NCBI GenBank assembly: GCA_046262595.1
Contig: JBHEMM010000011.1
Span: 419-36,812, forward strand
DNA from: Vulcanimicrobiaceae bacterium
Lineage (GTDB): Bacteria; Vulcanimicrobiota; Vulcanimicrobiia; Vulcanimicrobiales; Vulcanimicrobiaceae
Length of the DNA: 36,394 nucleotides
Reading direction: 5' to 3'
Below are positions 28,119 through 36,394 of the stretch, one piece after another. The stretch's first letter is position 1. Each line of letters starts with the position of its first letter. The notes under the pieces are model-generated. The model ran no database searches. It was not told the DNA's origin and saw only the letters and a list, made by a program, of their open reading frames with translations. Position numbers and translations under genes: made by a program.

Positions 28119-28901
28119 ATCTCGCGAATTATCGCGCTCGTCAATCAAAAGGGCGGCGTCGGAAAAAGCACGACCACGGTAAACCTCGGTGCGGCGCTCG
28201 CCGTCATGGGCTGCACTGTGCTCGTCGTCGATTTAGACCCGCAGGGCAACACCACGACGGGCTTAGGCACGAATAAATCCGAGCTGAAGCGCGATGTGTA
28301 CGACCTGCTTCTGCACCATGCGTCCATTGCCGAGGTGCTGCGGCCCACCGAGATCGATAATCTGCATCTCATCCCCGCGACGATTAACCTCGCGGGCGCT
28401 GAGATCGAGCTCGTCTCTGCGCTGTCGCGCGAAAACCGCCTCAAGGGCGTGCTTGGGCCCATTGCCCGCAACTACGATTTCGTGCTCATCGATTGTCCGC
28501 CGTCGCTGGGGTTGCTCACCATCAACGCTCTTACGGCCGCCGACGAGGTCATCATTCCGGTGCAGGCCGAGTACTACGCGCTCGAGGGCCTCTCGCAGCT
28601 GACCAACGTCGTGCGGCGCGTACAAGACGTGCTCAACCCGCAGTTGCAGGTGAGCGGCGTGCTCGTAACGATGTTCGACGGGCGCACCAAACTCGCGATG
28701 GAAGTGCTCGACGAGCTTAACGCGTATTTTCCGCGCCAGATGTTCAAAACGCAGATCCCGCGCAACATCCGCCTGTCCGAGGCGCCCTCGTTCGGCAAAC
28801 CGGTCATTCTTTTCGACGTGAAGTCGCGCGGCGCGCAGGCATACCTTTCGCTGGCGAAAGAGATGCTCGACGCGCAGCAGGCGCAGGCGCTCGCGCAATG
28901 A
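28119..28901 (+). CDS. parA: Chromosome partitioning ATPase ParA/Soj
   Basis: In-frame SRIIALVNQKGGVGKSTT upstream of ATG 28206, then DLDPQGN, IDCPPSLG, LSEAPSFG; requires a non-canonical start (ATC 28119 or CTG 28113). Confidence 0.95.
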   Translation: MSRIIALVNQKGGVGKSTTTVNLGAALAVMGCTVLVVDLDPQGNTTTGLGTNKSELKRDVYDLLLHHASIAEVLRPTEIDNLHLIPATINLAGAEIELVSALSRENRLKGVLGPIARNYDFVLIDCPPSLGLLTINALTAADEVIIPVQAEYYALEGLSQLTNVVRRVQDVLNPQLQVSGVLVTMFDGRTKLAMEVLDELNAYFPRQMFKTQIPRNIRLSEAPSFGKPVILFDVKSRGAQAYLSLAKEMLDAQQAQALAQ

Positions 28902-28908
28902 GGCGGCT

Positions 28909-29787
28909 GTGAGCGCGCCGCCCAAACGCGGGCTGGGACGCGGGCTCGGCGCACTGCTGGGCGATGCGCCCGTGCCCGTTCAGCCGGGCGGCGCGGGGCT
29001 TTCCGGCGAGATGATCCGCGCCATACCGGTCGAGCGCATCAAGCCCAATCCTAACCAGCCGCGCAAAAGCTTTGACGAGGGCGCGCTGGCCGAGCTCGCC
29101 GCTTCGATAGGCGAGCATGGCGTTCTGGTCCCGGTACTGCTTCGCGAACGTTCGGAAGGCTACGAGATTATCGCGGGCGAGCGCCGTTGGCGCGCCTGCG
29201 CGCAGCTGCGCCTGGAGACGATCCCGGCGGTCGTGCGGCGTTCGGGCGAACGCGAGAGCCTGGAAGTGGCGATCATCGAGAACTTGCAGCGGGAAGATCT
29301 CAACGCGCTCGAAGAAGCCGCCGGCGTCGCGCAGTTGATCGAAACGCACGGTTACACGCAAGAACAAGTCGCGCAACGCTTGGGCAAAGCGCGCCCGTCG
29401 ATCACCAACGCGTTGCGCATTCTCACGCTGCCGGAAGCGGTGAAAGCCATGATCGCGGACGGACGTCTGAGCGCGGGTCACGCGAAAGCGCTCCTCTCCG
29501 TGCCTACGGGCGTGCAAGTGGAACTGGCACGCCGCGCGTACGCGCAAGGCCTCTCCGTTCGCGCACTCGAGCGCGTTGCCGCCGCGCTGCTTGCGCCGGC
29601 CGCGCAGCCGGGAGCAAAATCTTCGGCCGCCGTCGACCCGAACGACGCGGATTTTGAAGCGCGTTTGCGCGAACGTTTCGGCACCGCCGTCGCGCTCAAG
29701 CGCGGCAACCGCGGAGGCAGTATCGAGATCAAGTACGGCAGCGAGCAAGATTTGCTGCGCATCGCCGATCTGCTGCTGGAGCCCTAA
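28909..29787 (+). CDS. parB: Chromosome partitioning protein ParB/Spo0J
   Basis: GLGRGLGALL, PNPNQPRK, AGERRWRA, ENLQREDL, HTH region. Confidence 0.97.
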   Translation: MSAPPKRGLGRGLGALLGDAPVPVQPGGAGLSGEMIRAIPVERIKPNPNQPRKSFDEGALAELAASIGEHGVLVPVLLRERSEGYEIIAGERRWRACAQLRLETIPAVVRRSGERESLEVAIIENLQREDLNALEEAAGVAQLIETHGYTQEQVAQRLGKARPSITNALRILTLPEAVKAMIADGRLSAGHAKALLSVPTGVQVELARRAYAQGLSVRALERVAAALLAPAAQPGAKSSAAVDPNDADFEARLRERFGTAVALKRGNRGGSIEIKYGSEQDLLRIADLLLEP

Positions 29788-29788
29788 G

Positions 29789-29974
29789 ATGATCGTTCTG
29801 CAGCGCGTGATGGCGCTGCTCATGGCCGCCGCGATGGTCTTTTTATTTTTGCTGCCGCGCGCTCTTGCGGCGCGCAACTACGCGCTTATCGCGCTTTTGG
29901 CCGTTCTGTTTTTGCTGTATGTCGCGGTCAACGTATGGCTGCTGCGCACGCGTCTTCCGCGCATCCGCTCTTAA
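29789..29974 (+). CDS. Small two-TM hypothetical protein (61 aa)
   Basis: ATG 1 nt after the parB stop; two hydrophobic helices and a basic tail; fills the parB-thiE gap. Confidence 0.65.
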   Translation: MIVLQRVMALLMAAAMVFLFLLPRALAARNYALIALLAVLFLLYVAVNVWLLRTRLPRIRS

Positions 29975-30579
29975 GCGGCATCTACGCCATCGTTAATGAC
30001 ACGCATCCGGATCCGGTTGCGCTGACGGCCGCGGTGTTGGCGGGCGGCGCGCGCATCGTCCAATACCGCGCAAAGCGGTACTTCAATCCCGCACACGCCT
30101 TTGCGATCCGCGCGCTCACGGGCGAATCCGGCGCGCTTTTTCTTTTGAACGACCGGTGGCACGATCTCGAACGCTTCTGCGCCGACGGCGCGCATGTCGG
30201 CCCCGATGATGCGCCGTTCGAGGCGCTGCCCGCGATCCGGGCGCGGATCGGGACGCGCCTTCTGGGCGTTTCTTGCGGCACGCAGCGCGAAGCGCAGTCG
30301 GCTCAAGCCTCGGGCGCGGATTACCTTGGCGTTGGCGCGGTTTTTGCGACGGCGTCGAAAAACGATGCAGGCCCACCGATCGGCATGGAAGGTTTGCGCG
30401 CGATCGTGCGGGCGTCCGCGCTTCCGGTGGCCGCAATCGGCGGCATTACGCTGCAGGAAGTGCCGCAGGTGCGTGCAGCCGGCGCCGCGATGGCAGCGGT
30501 GATCTCCGCAATTTCCGGCGCGCCCGATCCGCTTGCTGCAACCGCGGCGCTCGTGCGCGCTTGGGGCGCGTGCGCATGA
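29935..30579 (+). CDS. thiE: Thiamine phosphate synthase
   Basis: VQYRAK, LND, GAHVGPDD, GVS, DYLGVGAVFATASK, AIGGI. Confidence 0.93.
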   Translation: MAAAHASSAHPLLSGIYAIVNDTHPDPVALTAAVLAGGARIVQYRAKRYFNPAHAFAIRALTGESGALFLLNDRWHDLERFCADGAHVGPDDAPFEALPAIRARIGTRLLGVSCGTQREAQSAQASGADYLGVGAVFATASKNDAGPPIGMEGLRAIVRASALPVAAIGGITLQEVPQVRAAGAAMAAVISAISGAPDPLAATAALVRAWGACA

Positions 30580-31340
30580 GCGCGCCGCTGCTGCTTTCAA
30601 TCGGAACGACGCATCCGTGGAACATTGCCGGCACGGGACTCGATGCGAGGGTCGCCGCCGAGTACGGCCTTGCGCACGCCGCCTGCGTCGTTGCCGTCAG
30701 TGCGCAAGACGCCGCCGGACTGCACGCACTGCATGCCGTGCCGCCTGACGTGGTGCGCGCGCAACTGCGCGCCGCGCCGCCCGGCGCGGGTGCGGTCCGC
30801 ATCGGCGCGCTGGTTTCGAGCGAAACCGTGCGCGAGATTGCGGCCTTTGTTGCCGAGCGGGCGGCGGCGCTGCCGGTGGTGATCGATCCGGTGACAAGCG
30901 TTTCGCTCGGAGGAACGCTGGCCGCGGACGACTCACTCGAGCGTGCGCTGCAAGCGTTGCTTCGCCTGCCGGTGATCGTGACGCCGAACCTGAACGAGAC
31001 GCTCGCGCTGGGATACGACGGCGATATCGCGCAGGTTACGGCTCGTGCGGCGGCCGCGACATGGTTTGTAGCGAACGGCGCCCGCGCGGCCTTGATAAAG
31101 GGCGGCCACGCCGCCGGAGATCCGGTTGACGTCTTGGCCGACGCGCGCGGCGTACGTACGTTTTCCGCCTCGCGCCTCCCCGGTTCGATGCGCGGAACGG
31201 GATGCACGCTGGCTGCTGCACTCGCATGCGAATTGCTGCTCGGGCGCACTCTGGACGACGCGGTTGCCGGCGCGCGCGAGTACGTGCGCGTCAAGATTGC
31301 TGCACGCGTCATGCGCGGCGGTTTGCAGGTCGCATTTTGA
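30576..31340 (+). CDS. thiD: Hydroxymethylpyrimidine/phosphomethylpyrimidine kinase (divergent)
   Basis: VIDPV, VTPNLNE, IKGGH, GTGCTLAAA; ATGA coupling to thiE. Confidence 0.85.
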   Translation: MSAPLLLSIGTTHPWNIAGTGLDARVAAEYGLAHAACVVAVSAQDAAGLHALHAVPPDVVRAQLRAAPPGAGAVRIGALVSSETVREIAAFVAERAAALPVVIDPVTSVSLGGTLAADDSLERALQALLRLPVIVTPNLNETLALGYDGDIAQVTARAAAATWFVANGARAALIKGGHAAGDPVDVLADARGVRTFSASRLPGSMRGTGCTLAAALACELLLGRTLDDAVAGAREYVRVKIAARVMRGGLQVAF

Positions 31341-31365
31341 AGACCGTGCAAAACCGCCCCCTCGC

Positions 31366-32376
31366 ATGAACACGATCTCGACGGCAAAGCGTCCCCGCGT
31401 CATGTCGGGCATGCGCCCCACCGGGCGCCTGCATATCGGCCACTACATCGGCGTGCTCTCGCAATGGGTGCGCTACGCGCAAACGGCCGATGCCTTCTTT
31501 GAAGTCGCCGATCTGCACGCGTACACGACCGGCTTTGCCGACCCGCAAGCAATCCGCGATGCGCGCAACGACATGGTCATCGATTGGCTCGCCGCCGGCG
31601 TCGACCCGAAGACGTCGACCTTCTTTCTGCAGAGCGCGATTCCGGAGATCGCGGAATTGCAGGCGCTGCTCGCGATGATCACGCCGGTTTCGTGGCTGGA
31701 ACGGGTGCCCACGTACAAGGGGCAGATCGAAGCGTTGGGAACGGAGATTGCGACGTACGGCTTCCTCGGTTATCCGCTGCTGCAGATCTGCGACATCGCG
31801 GTGTTTCGCGGTGAAGAGGTTCCGGTCGGACGCGATCAAGTCGCGCATTTGGAGTTCGGACGCGAAGTGGTCCGCCGCTTCAATTACTTGTACGCCGGCG
31901 GCGCGCCGCTGCTCGTCGAGCCCAAGGCGATGCTCGTCGAAGGCGGCGCCGAAGTGCCGGGAACCGACGGCCGCAAGATGAGCAAGTCGTACGAGAACAC
32001 GATGCTGCTTGCCGACGACGAAGAAACCACAACGAAAAAGGTGCGCGGCATGATTACCGACCCGCTCAAAGTACGCCGCAATGATTCCGGGCGCCCGGAG
32101 GTATGCCCGGTCTTTGCGCTCTGGCAAATCGTCAAGCCGGAACACGCGGCGGGCGTAGCGTCGGGATGCCGCTCGGGAGCGCTCGGCTGCGTTCAGGACA
32201 AAACCGATTTTGCGGAAGCGCTTAATGCATACTTGCGGCCCGTGCGCGAACGGCGCGCGCTGTATGCGGCGGATCCCGCGCAAGTCGAAAGCGTTCTCGC
32301 CGAAGGCACCGCGCGAGCGCGCGAGGTTGCGGCGCAAACGCTTGCCGACGTGCGGCGCGCGATGCGGCTGACGTAA
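31366..32376 (+). CDS. trpS: Tryptophan-tRNA ligase
   Basis: SGMRPTGRLHIGH, YPLLQ, VPVGRDQ, KMSKS. Confidence 0.96.
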   Translation: MNTISTAKRPRVMSGMRPTGRLHIGHYIGVLSQWVRYAQTADAFFEVADLHAYTTGFADPQAIRDARNDMVIDWLAAGVDPKTSTFFLQSAIPEIAELQALLAMITPVSWLERVPTYKGQIEALGTEIATYGFLGYPLLQICDIAVFRGEEVPVGRDQVAHLEFGREVVRRFNYLYAGGAPLLVEPKAMLVEGGAEVPGTDGRKMSKSYENTMLLADDEETTTKKVRGMITDPLKVRRNDSGRPEVCPVFALWQIVKPEHAAGVASGCRSGALGCVQDKTDFAEALNAYLRPVRERRALYAADPAQVESVLAEGTARAREVAAQTLADVRRAMRLT

Positions 32377-32382
32377 GCGCGC

Positions 32383-33186
32383 GTGTCCTACGACCTGATC
32401 GTTCGCGGCTTCGAGAAGGTGCCGGTCGGCCGGCTCAAGGACACGTTTCGCGAACAACCGTGGTGGGAGATCGAAGGCGATGCGGGCGGCGTCATGCTCA
32501 CCGATACGAATACGGGTGTTTATGTGACGATTGCGAGCGAGGATCGTAAGGCGCGCGGGCTTTGCTATGCCATCAATTATAACCGCCCGCGGTTCTTTGC
32601 GCTGGAAGCGCTGCTCACGCTGCAGATGCTCGTGCACCGCCACGGCTGGATCGTCAGCGATCCGCAGCGTTCGTGCGAGCTGACGTTTACCGCACAAGAC
32701 AACGATGCCGTCCTGGCCGCGTGGCAGCGCAAGAACGACGAAACGGTATGGCCGGTAAACGGGCGTCCCTGCGTTGCGCGCGAGGAAGCCACGCGCGTCT
32801 GGAACTGGAACTATGCGCGCCCGCAGATTGATGCGCAGTGTTCGGCACTCGACCGCGACCTGTACATTCCGCGCATCTTTTTCACGCAGCAGTCCGGCTC
32901 GTCCGATGCGCGCACGATGATGCTGTGGCCGCACGGCGTTCACGGTGCAGCAATGCCGCCCGTGGATCGCATCGTATACCGCGACGATCCCGACGAAGCT
33001 GGCTTCGTCGTTGACCGTGACGTGCTGCTCGAGGCCGCGGCTTACTACGCTGCTCCGCTCGAGCCGCCGGGTGTTCCGGCCATCGAAGCACCGCGATTTT
33101 CGCTGCTGCTCTCGGCGCTGCAGAAGGCCAAACGCGGCCCGTTTACGGGATCGATAGCCGCTTGCGATCAATTAATCGAGCGCTAA
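32383..33186 (+). CDS. Hypothetical protein (267 aa)
   Basis: ORF starts 6 nt after trpS and has globular composition; no motif recognised. Confidence 0.7.
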   Translation: MSYDLIVRGFEKVPVGRLKDTFREQPWWEIEGDAGGVMLTDTNTGVYVTIASEDRKARGLCYAINYNRPRFFALEALLTLQMLVHRHGWIVSDPQRSCELTFTAQDNDAVLAAWQRKNDETVWPVNGRPCVAREEATRVWNWNYARPQIDAQCSALDRDLYIPRIFFTQQSGSSDARTMMLWPHGVHGAAMPPVDRIVYRDDPDEAGFVVDRDVLLEAAAYYAAPLEPPGVPAIEAPRFSLLLSALQKAKRGPFTGSIAACDQLIER

Positions 33187-33224
33187 AACCTTACGCCGGC
33201 ACATGCAGCCGCAATCGTGGCGCG

Positions 33225-34436
33225 CTACGTTGCGCTGTTGCGCGCCGCACCGCTAAACCGCGGGATGTATTCCGCCATTTGCGCCAGCGCGAAATCGATG
33301 TCGTCCAGTGACGCCGCGTACGAGAAGCGCAGATAGCCGCTGCCCGCCGGTCCGAAAGCGGAACCGCCCAAGCACGCAACGCCCGCTTCCTGCAGCAGGA
33401 ATGCCGCAAGCGCCTTGTCGCCGGCCGTGATCTGCTTCACGTTGGGGAAGGCGTAGAACGCACCCTCGGGCATCGTGCACGAGAGGCCGGGAATCTTGTT
33501 CAGACCGTTCACCAAGCGGTCGCGTCGCGTGCGGAACGTTTCGTTCATGCGGCGCACCGGTTCATCGGGGCCCAGAAGCGCCGCGATGCCGGCGTGCTGC
33601 ACGAATACCGGAATGCACGAGAACGTGTTGTTGTTGAAGAGCGTGACCGTTTTCGCGAGATCCGCGTTCATGATCGCGTAGCCCAGGCGCCATCCGGTCA
33701 TGGCGTACGCCTTGGAAAAGCCGTCGACGATAATCGTGCGCTCGCGCATGCCGTCGATCGCAACGATCGACGAAAAACTGCTCTCGTAAAAATTGCGGCT
33801 GTAGATTTCATCCGCGATGACGAGGAAGTCGTGCTTCTGCGCCATCTGCGCGATGCGTTCCAAGTCGCCGCGCGTGAGCACGCCGCCGGTGGGGTTGTGC
33901 GGGGAGTTGATCATGATGGCGCGCGTTTTATCTGAAACGCGGCGCTCGAGTTCTTCCAAGTCCATCCGCCACTCTTTTTCTTCGTGCAGCGGAATCGGAA
34001 TCACGTTGGCACCCAGATAGCTCGAACAGGAAGCATACGCGGGATAGGCCGGGTCGAAGTAGATGAAGTCGTCGCCCGGATTGAGGATCGCGCTCAAAAT
34101 ATTCCAGATGACGGGCTTGGCGCCGGGCGCGGCGACCACGTTCTCGGGCCCGAACGGCTCGACGCCGCGGAACTTCGAGGCGTACGCCGCGATGACGTCG
34201 CGCAACTCCAGGATTCCCGCCGAAGGCGAGTAGTGCGTGTTATTTTCTTGAATCGATTTGATCCCGGCTTCCTTGATGTGCGCCGGCGTGTCGAAATCGG
34301 GTTCGCCGATCTCCATATGCACGACACGCTTGCCTTGCGCTTGAAGCGCTTTAGCGCGCACCATCACTTCAAACGCGCTCTCGGAACCCAGGCGCGATAC
34401 CGCGTCGGCATTTCGATCGAATTTCGCTGCAAGCAT
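33225..34436 (-). CDS. PLP-dependent aminotransferase class I/II (AspC-like)
   Basis: IGEPDF, NSPHNPTG, DEIY, GFSKAYAMTGWRLGY. Confidence 0.93.
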   Translation of the reverse strand: MLAAKFDRNADAVSRLGSESAFEVMVRAKALQAQGKRVVHMEIGEPDFDTPAHIKEAGIKSIQENNTHYSPSAGILELRDVIAAYASKFRGVEPFGPENVVAAPGAKPVIWNILSAILNPGDDFIYFDPAYPAYASCSSYLGANVIPIPLHEEKEWRMDLEELERRVSDKTRAIMINSPHNPTGGVLTRGDLERIAQMAQKHDFLVIADEIYSRNFYESSFSSIVAIDGMRERTIIVDGFSKAYAMTGWRLGYAIMNADLAKTVTLFNNNTFSCIPVFVQHAGIAALLGPDEPVRRMNETFRTRRDRLVNGLNKIPGLSCTMPEGAFYAFPNVKQITAGDKALAAFLLQEAGVACLGGSAFGPAGSGYLRFSYAASLDDIDFALAQMAEYIPRFSGAARNSAT

Positions 34437-34515
34437 CGCGTGTAAACCTTTCGAGAAGCAGTCACGACAAAATCAAGGGTCGGGATTGCGCGCGGCGAAG
34501 TCCACTGCAACCGTT

Positions 34516-36394
34516 ATGCGCACTCTTACGGACGTTTTTACGCCGGGAGCTCCATCGTTACCCGAGGGCCTTCGGACCCTCGCCGTTTCGCCCGAGCGCG
34601 AGCTCGAACCTGGAATGACGGTGCGCGCATCGTTCACGTTCCGCAACCAAGGCGGCGCCTCTGCAACCGGCGTGCGCGTGCGCTTCAACTTACCTGACGG
34701 ACTCGTGTATCTGGTCGGAACAGGCCAGATCGACGCGGCGTCCGTCGACGACGAGCAGGGTAATTCACCGCTGCTCGCACGCGCGGGCGCCGACATCGGC
34801 GACGTGCAGCCCGGCGAAGAGCGGCGCATCGACATCGCATACAGCGTGGCGGGCGCCATCGAGAACGGCTCGACGCTGGAACTGCAGGCGGCGGTGACCG
34901 CGTTCGAGCTGCCGCCGGTCGGCTCGAACATCGTACGCTTGGTTGCCCGCAGCCGCCCGGCCCTCGAGAACGCGCTCACGACCATCGCCATCGAGTCGCG
35001 GGAACAGGAACCGCGCGCCGGCGGCGAGGCAAGCATCACCGTGCGCGTTCATAATGCCGGCGAGTCCAGCGCCCGCGACGTGGTCGTCGTGGTGCCGGTT
35101 CCCGAGCACGCCTCGTACGTGGCGAACTCCGCGCGCATAAACGGGCGCGAATTTGAGCGCGATCTGCTTGCGCCGTTCGATCGCGTGCACGCTCCGGTGA
35201 TCGCGCAAACGCTTCCGGCGAGTGCGACCGCGACGCTGCAATACCGCGTGCGCATCGACGAGCCGCTGGCCGACAATACGCCGCTGATCGCGCGCGCGCA
35301 CATTGCCTCGCAAGAAACGCCCGCCTTCACGTTAGAGCCCGCCGCGTTGACGGTCCGGGCGCGTCCCGCATTCGATGACGAGCGTACCGCTTTCGGGCTG
35401 CAGCCCGAGCCGGACGTCTCGCCCGGCGCGCATGTGACATTGCGCTTCACCATTTTTAACAACGGCACCGCCGCCGCCGCGGACGTTGTTGCCAGCGTGC
35501 ATCTGCCCGAGGCGCTCCATGCGGTGCGCGGCGGCGGGCGTATTGACGGCCAGCCGCTGCGCGAGCGTAAGGGCGGCGCGACCTTTGAAATCGGAACCAT
35601 CGCCGCGCGCGAAGGCGTGGAGCTGCTTGCCCAGGCGACCGTCGCCTCGCCCGTTGCCGACGGAACCGCGTTGCCCGTCCGCGCCGCGCTGCGCTGGAAC
35701 GGTTCGGAAGAAGGGCGCGAATTCGAACAGATCGCCACGGTCCGGTCGCGGCCGCATCTGCACCGTCGCCGCAACCGCATCGAACGCGCGGGCTCGCAAC
35801 TCGTGCATCCGTCCGACGACTGCGAAGCGTCCGTAACGCTGGCAAACGATGGCTCCGCGGCGGCGACGGCATGCGTCCTGCATCTTTGCGTCGATCCCGC
35901 GCTCGACAACGTGCGCGTGTACGATAAGAACACGCGTCTCGAATGCGTCGACGGTGCCGTCGCGCTCGGCACGCTCGAAGCATACGGCTCGCGCAAACTC
36001 ACCGTGCGCGCCCGCGTGAAGACGCCGTACGCCGACCGCACCGAAATCGTTTTAGGCGGCGCATTGCATACGAAAGAACTCGGCGAAGCGGCGCTGGGCA
36101 GCGCATCCTGGCGCATCGATTCCCATCCGGCCTTTTCGAGCGCGACGTCGGCGCTCTCACTGCTGCAGGACGACGTGTTTCGTCCGAATCAATTGGTTGC
36201 AGTACAGGTCGCCTTGCGCAACGAAGGCACGGACGGCGCGCAAAACGTGCGGCTGCGCCTGTACGTCTCGCCAGAAGCGCGTTTGGAAAACGTCGAAGGC
36301 GCAACGCGCGAACGCTCGACCTTACTCGCGGGCGAAATTCCGGCCGGCGCAACGGTTCAGGTGCGGCTGGGCGTGCGTTTATTGCGCAGCTTGG
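34516..36394 (+). CDS. Large DUF11-like (Ig-fold) repeat protein, 3' end outside window
   Basis: Open frame from ATG 34516 to the window end (MRTLTDVFTPGAPS...); five NxG repeats: FRNQG, VHNAG, IFNNG, LANDG, LRNEG. Confidence 0.8.
   Translation, partial: MRTLTDVFTPGAPSLPEGLRTLAVSPERELEPGMTVRASFTFRNQGGASATGVRVRFNLPDGLVYLVGTGQIDAASVDDEQGNSPLLARAGADIGDVQPGEERRIDIAYSVAGAIENGSTLELQAAVTAFELPPVGSNIVRLVARSRPALENALTTIAIESREQEPRAGGEASITVRVHNAGESSARDVVVVVPVPEHASYVANSARINGREFERDLLAPFDRVHAPVIAQTLPASATATLQYRVRIDEPLADNTPLIARAHIASQETPAFTLEPAALTVRARPAFDDERTAFGLQPEPDVSPGAHVTLRFTIFNNGTAAAADVVASVHLPEALHAVRGGGRIDGQPLRERKGGATFEIGTIAAREGVELLAQATVASPVADGTALPVRAALRWNGSEEGREFEQIATVRSRPHLHRRRNRIERAGSQLVHPSDDCEASVTLANDGSAAATACVLHLCVDPALDNVRVYDKNTRLECVDGAVALGTLEAYGSRKLTVRARVKTPYADRTEIVLGGALHTKELGEAALGSASWRIDSHPAFSSATSALSLLQDDVFRPNQLVAVQVALRNEGTDGAQNVRLRLYVSPEARLENVEGATRERSTLLAGEIPAGATVQVRLGVRLLRSL

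Noticed and set aside
31309..33171. 620-aa minus-strand ORF and other long antisense ORFs (e.g. 12243-13544, 5706-6836, 19845-20852)
   Set aside because: Shadows of well-supported genes in GC-rich DNA; Arg-rich with no motifs
1..36394. CRISPR arrays, tRNA/rRNA genes, IS elements, prophage or defence genes
   Set aside because: No spaced repeats, cloverleafs or transposase/integrase motifs seen; the window is almost fully occupied by core genes

Overview
GC-rich chromosomal replication-origin region of a diderm (LPS-making) Terrabacteria-type bacterium. The gene content resembles Ca. Eremiobacterota/WPS-2, but that assignment is an inference. Left arm (minus strand): dnaA-dnaN-recF-dciA-gyrB runs directly into an outer-membrane biogenesis cluster (tamB-bamA-3x ompH/skp-lpxD-lpxC-fabZ). 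Right arm (mostly plus strand): rpmH-rnpA-yidD-yidC-jag-mnmE-DUF3566-like-mnmG-rsmG, a convergent C26 amidotransferase, cca-parA-parB-small membrane protein-thiE-thiD-trpS-hypothetical, a class I/II aminotransferase and a truncated DUF11-like repeat protein. Non-coding signals read from the sequence include DnaA boxes on both sides of dnaA, a box-GC-DnaA-trio unwinding module, the dnaA and rpmH promoters, and a parS pair inside coding sequence. The most notable observations are three genes that appear to start at ATC/ATT codons (lpxC, an ompH, parA), a recF with an internal deletion and frameshift, an unusual trio of Skp paralogues (two lipoproteins, one with a giant coiled coil), and apparently leaderless mnmG and cca. 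No rRNA, tRNA, CRISPR or mobile element was seen. This is mostly core genome, so I cannot claim a wholly new system.
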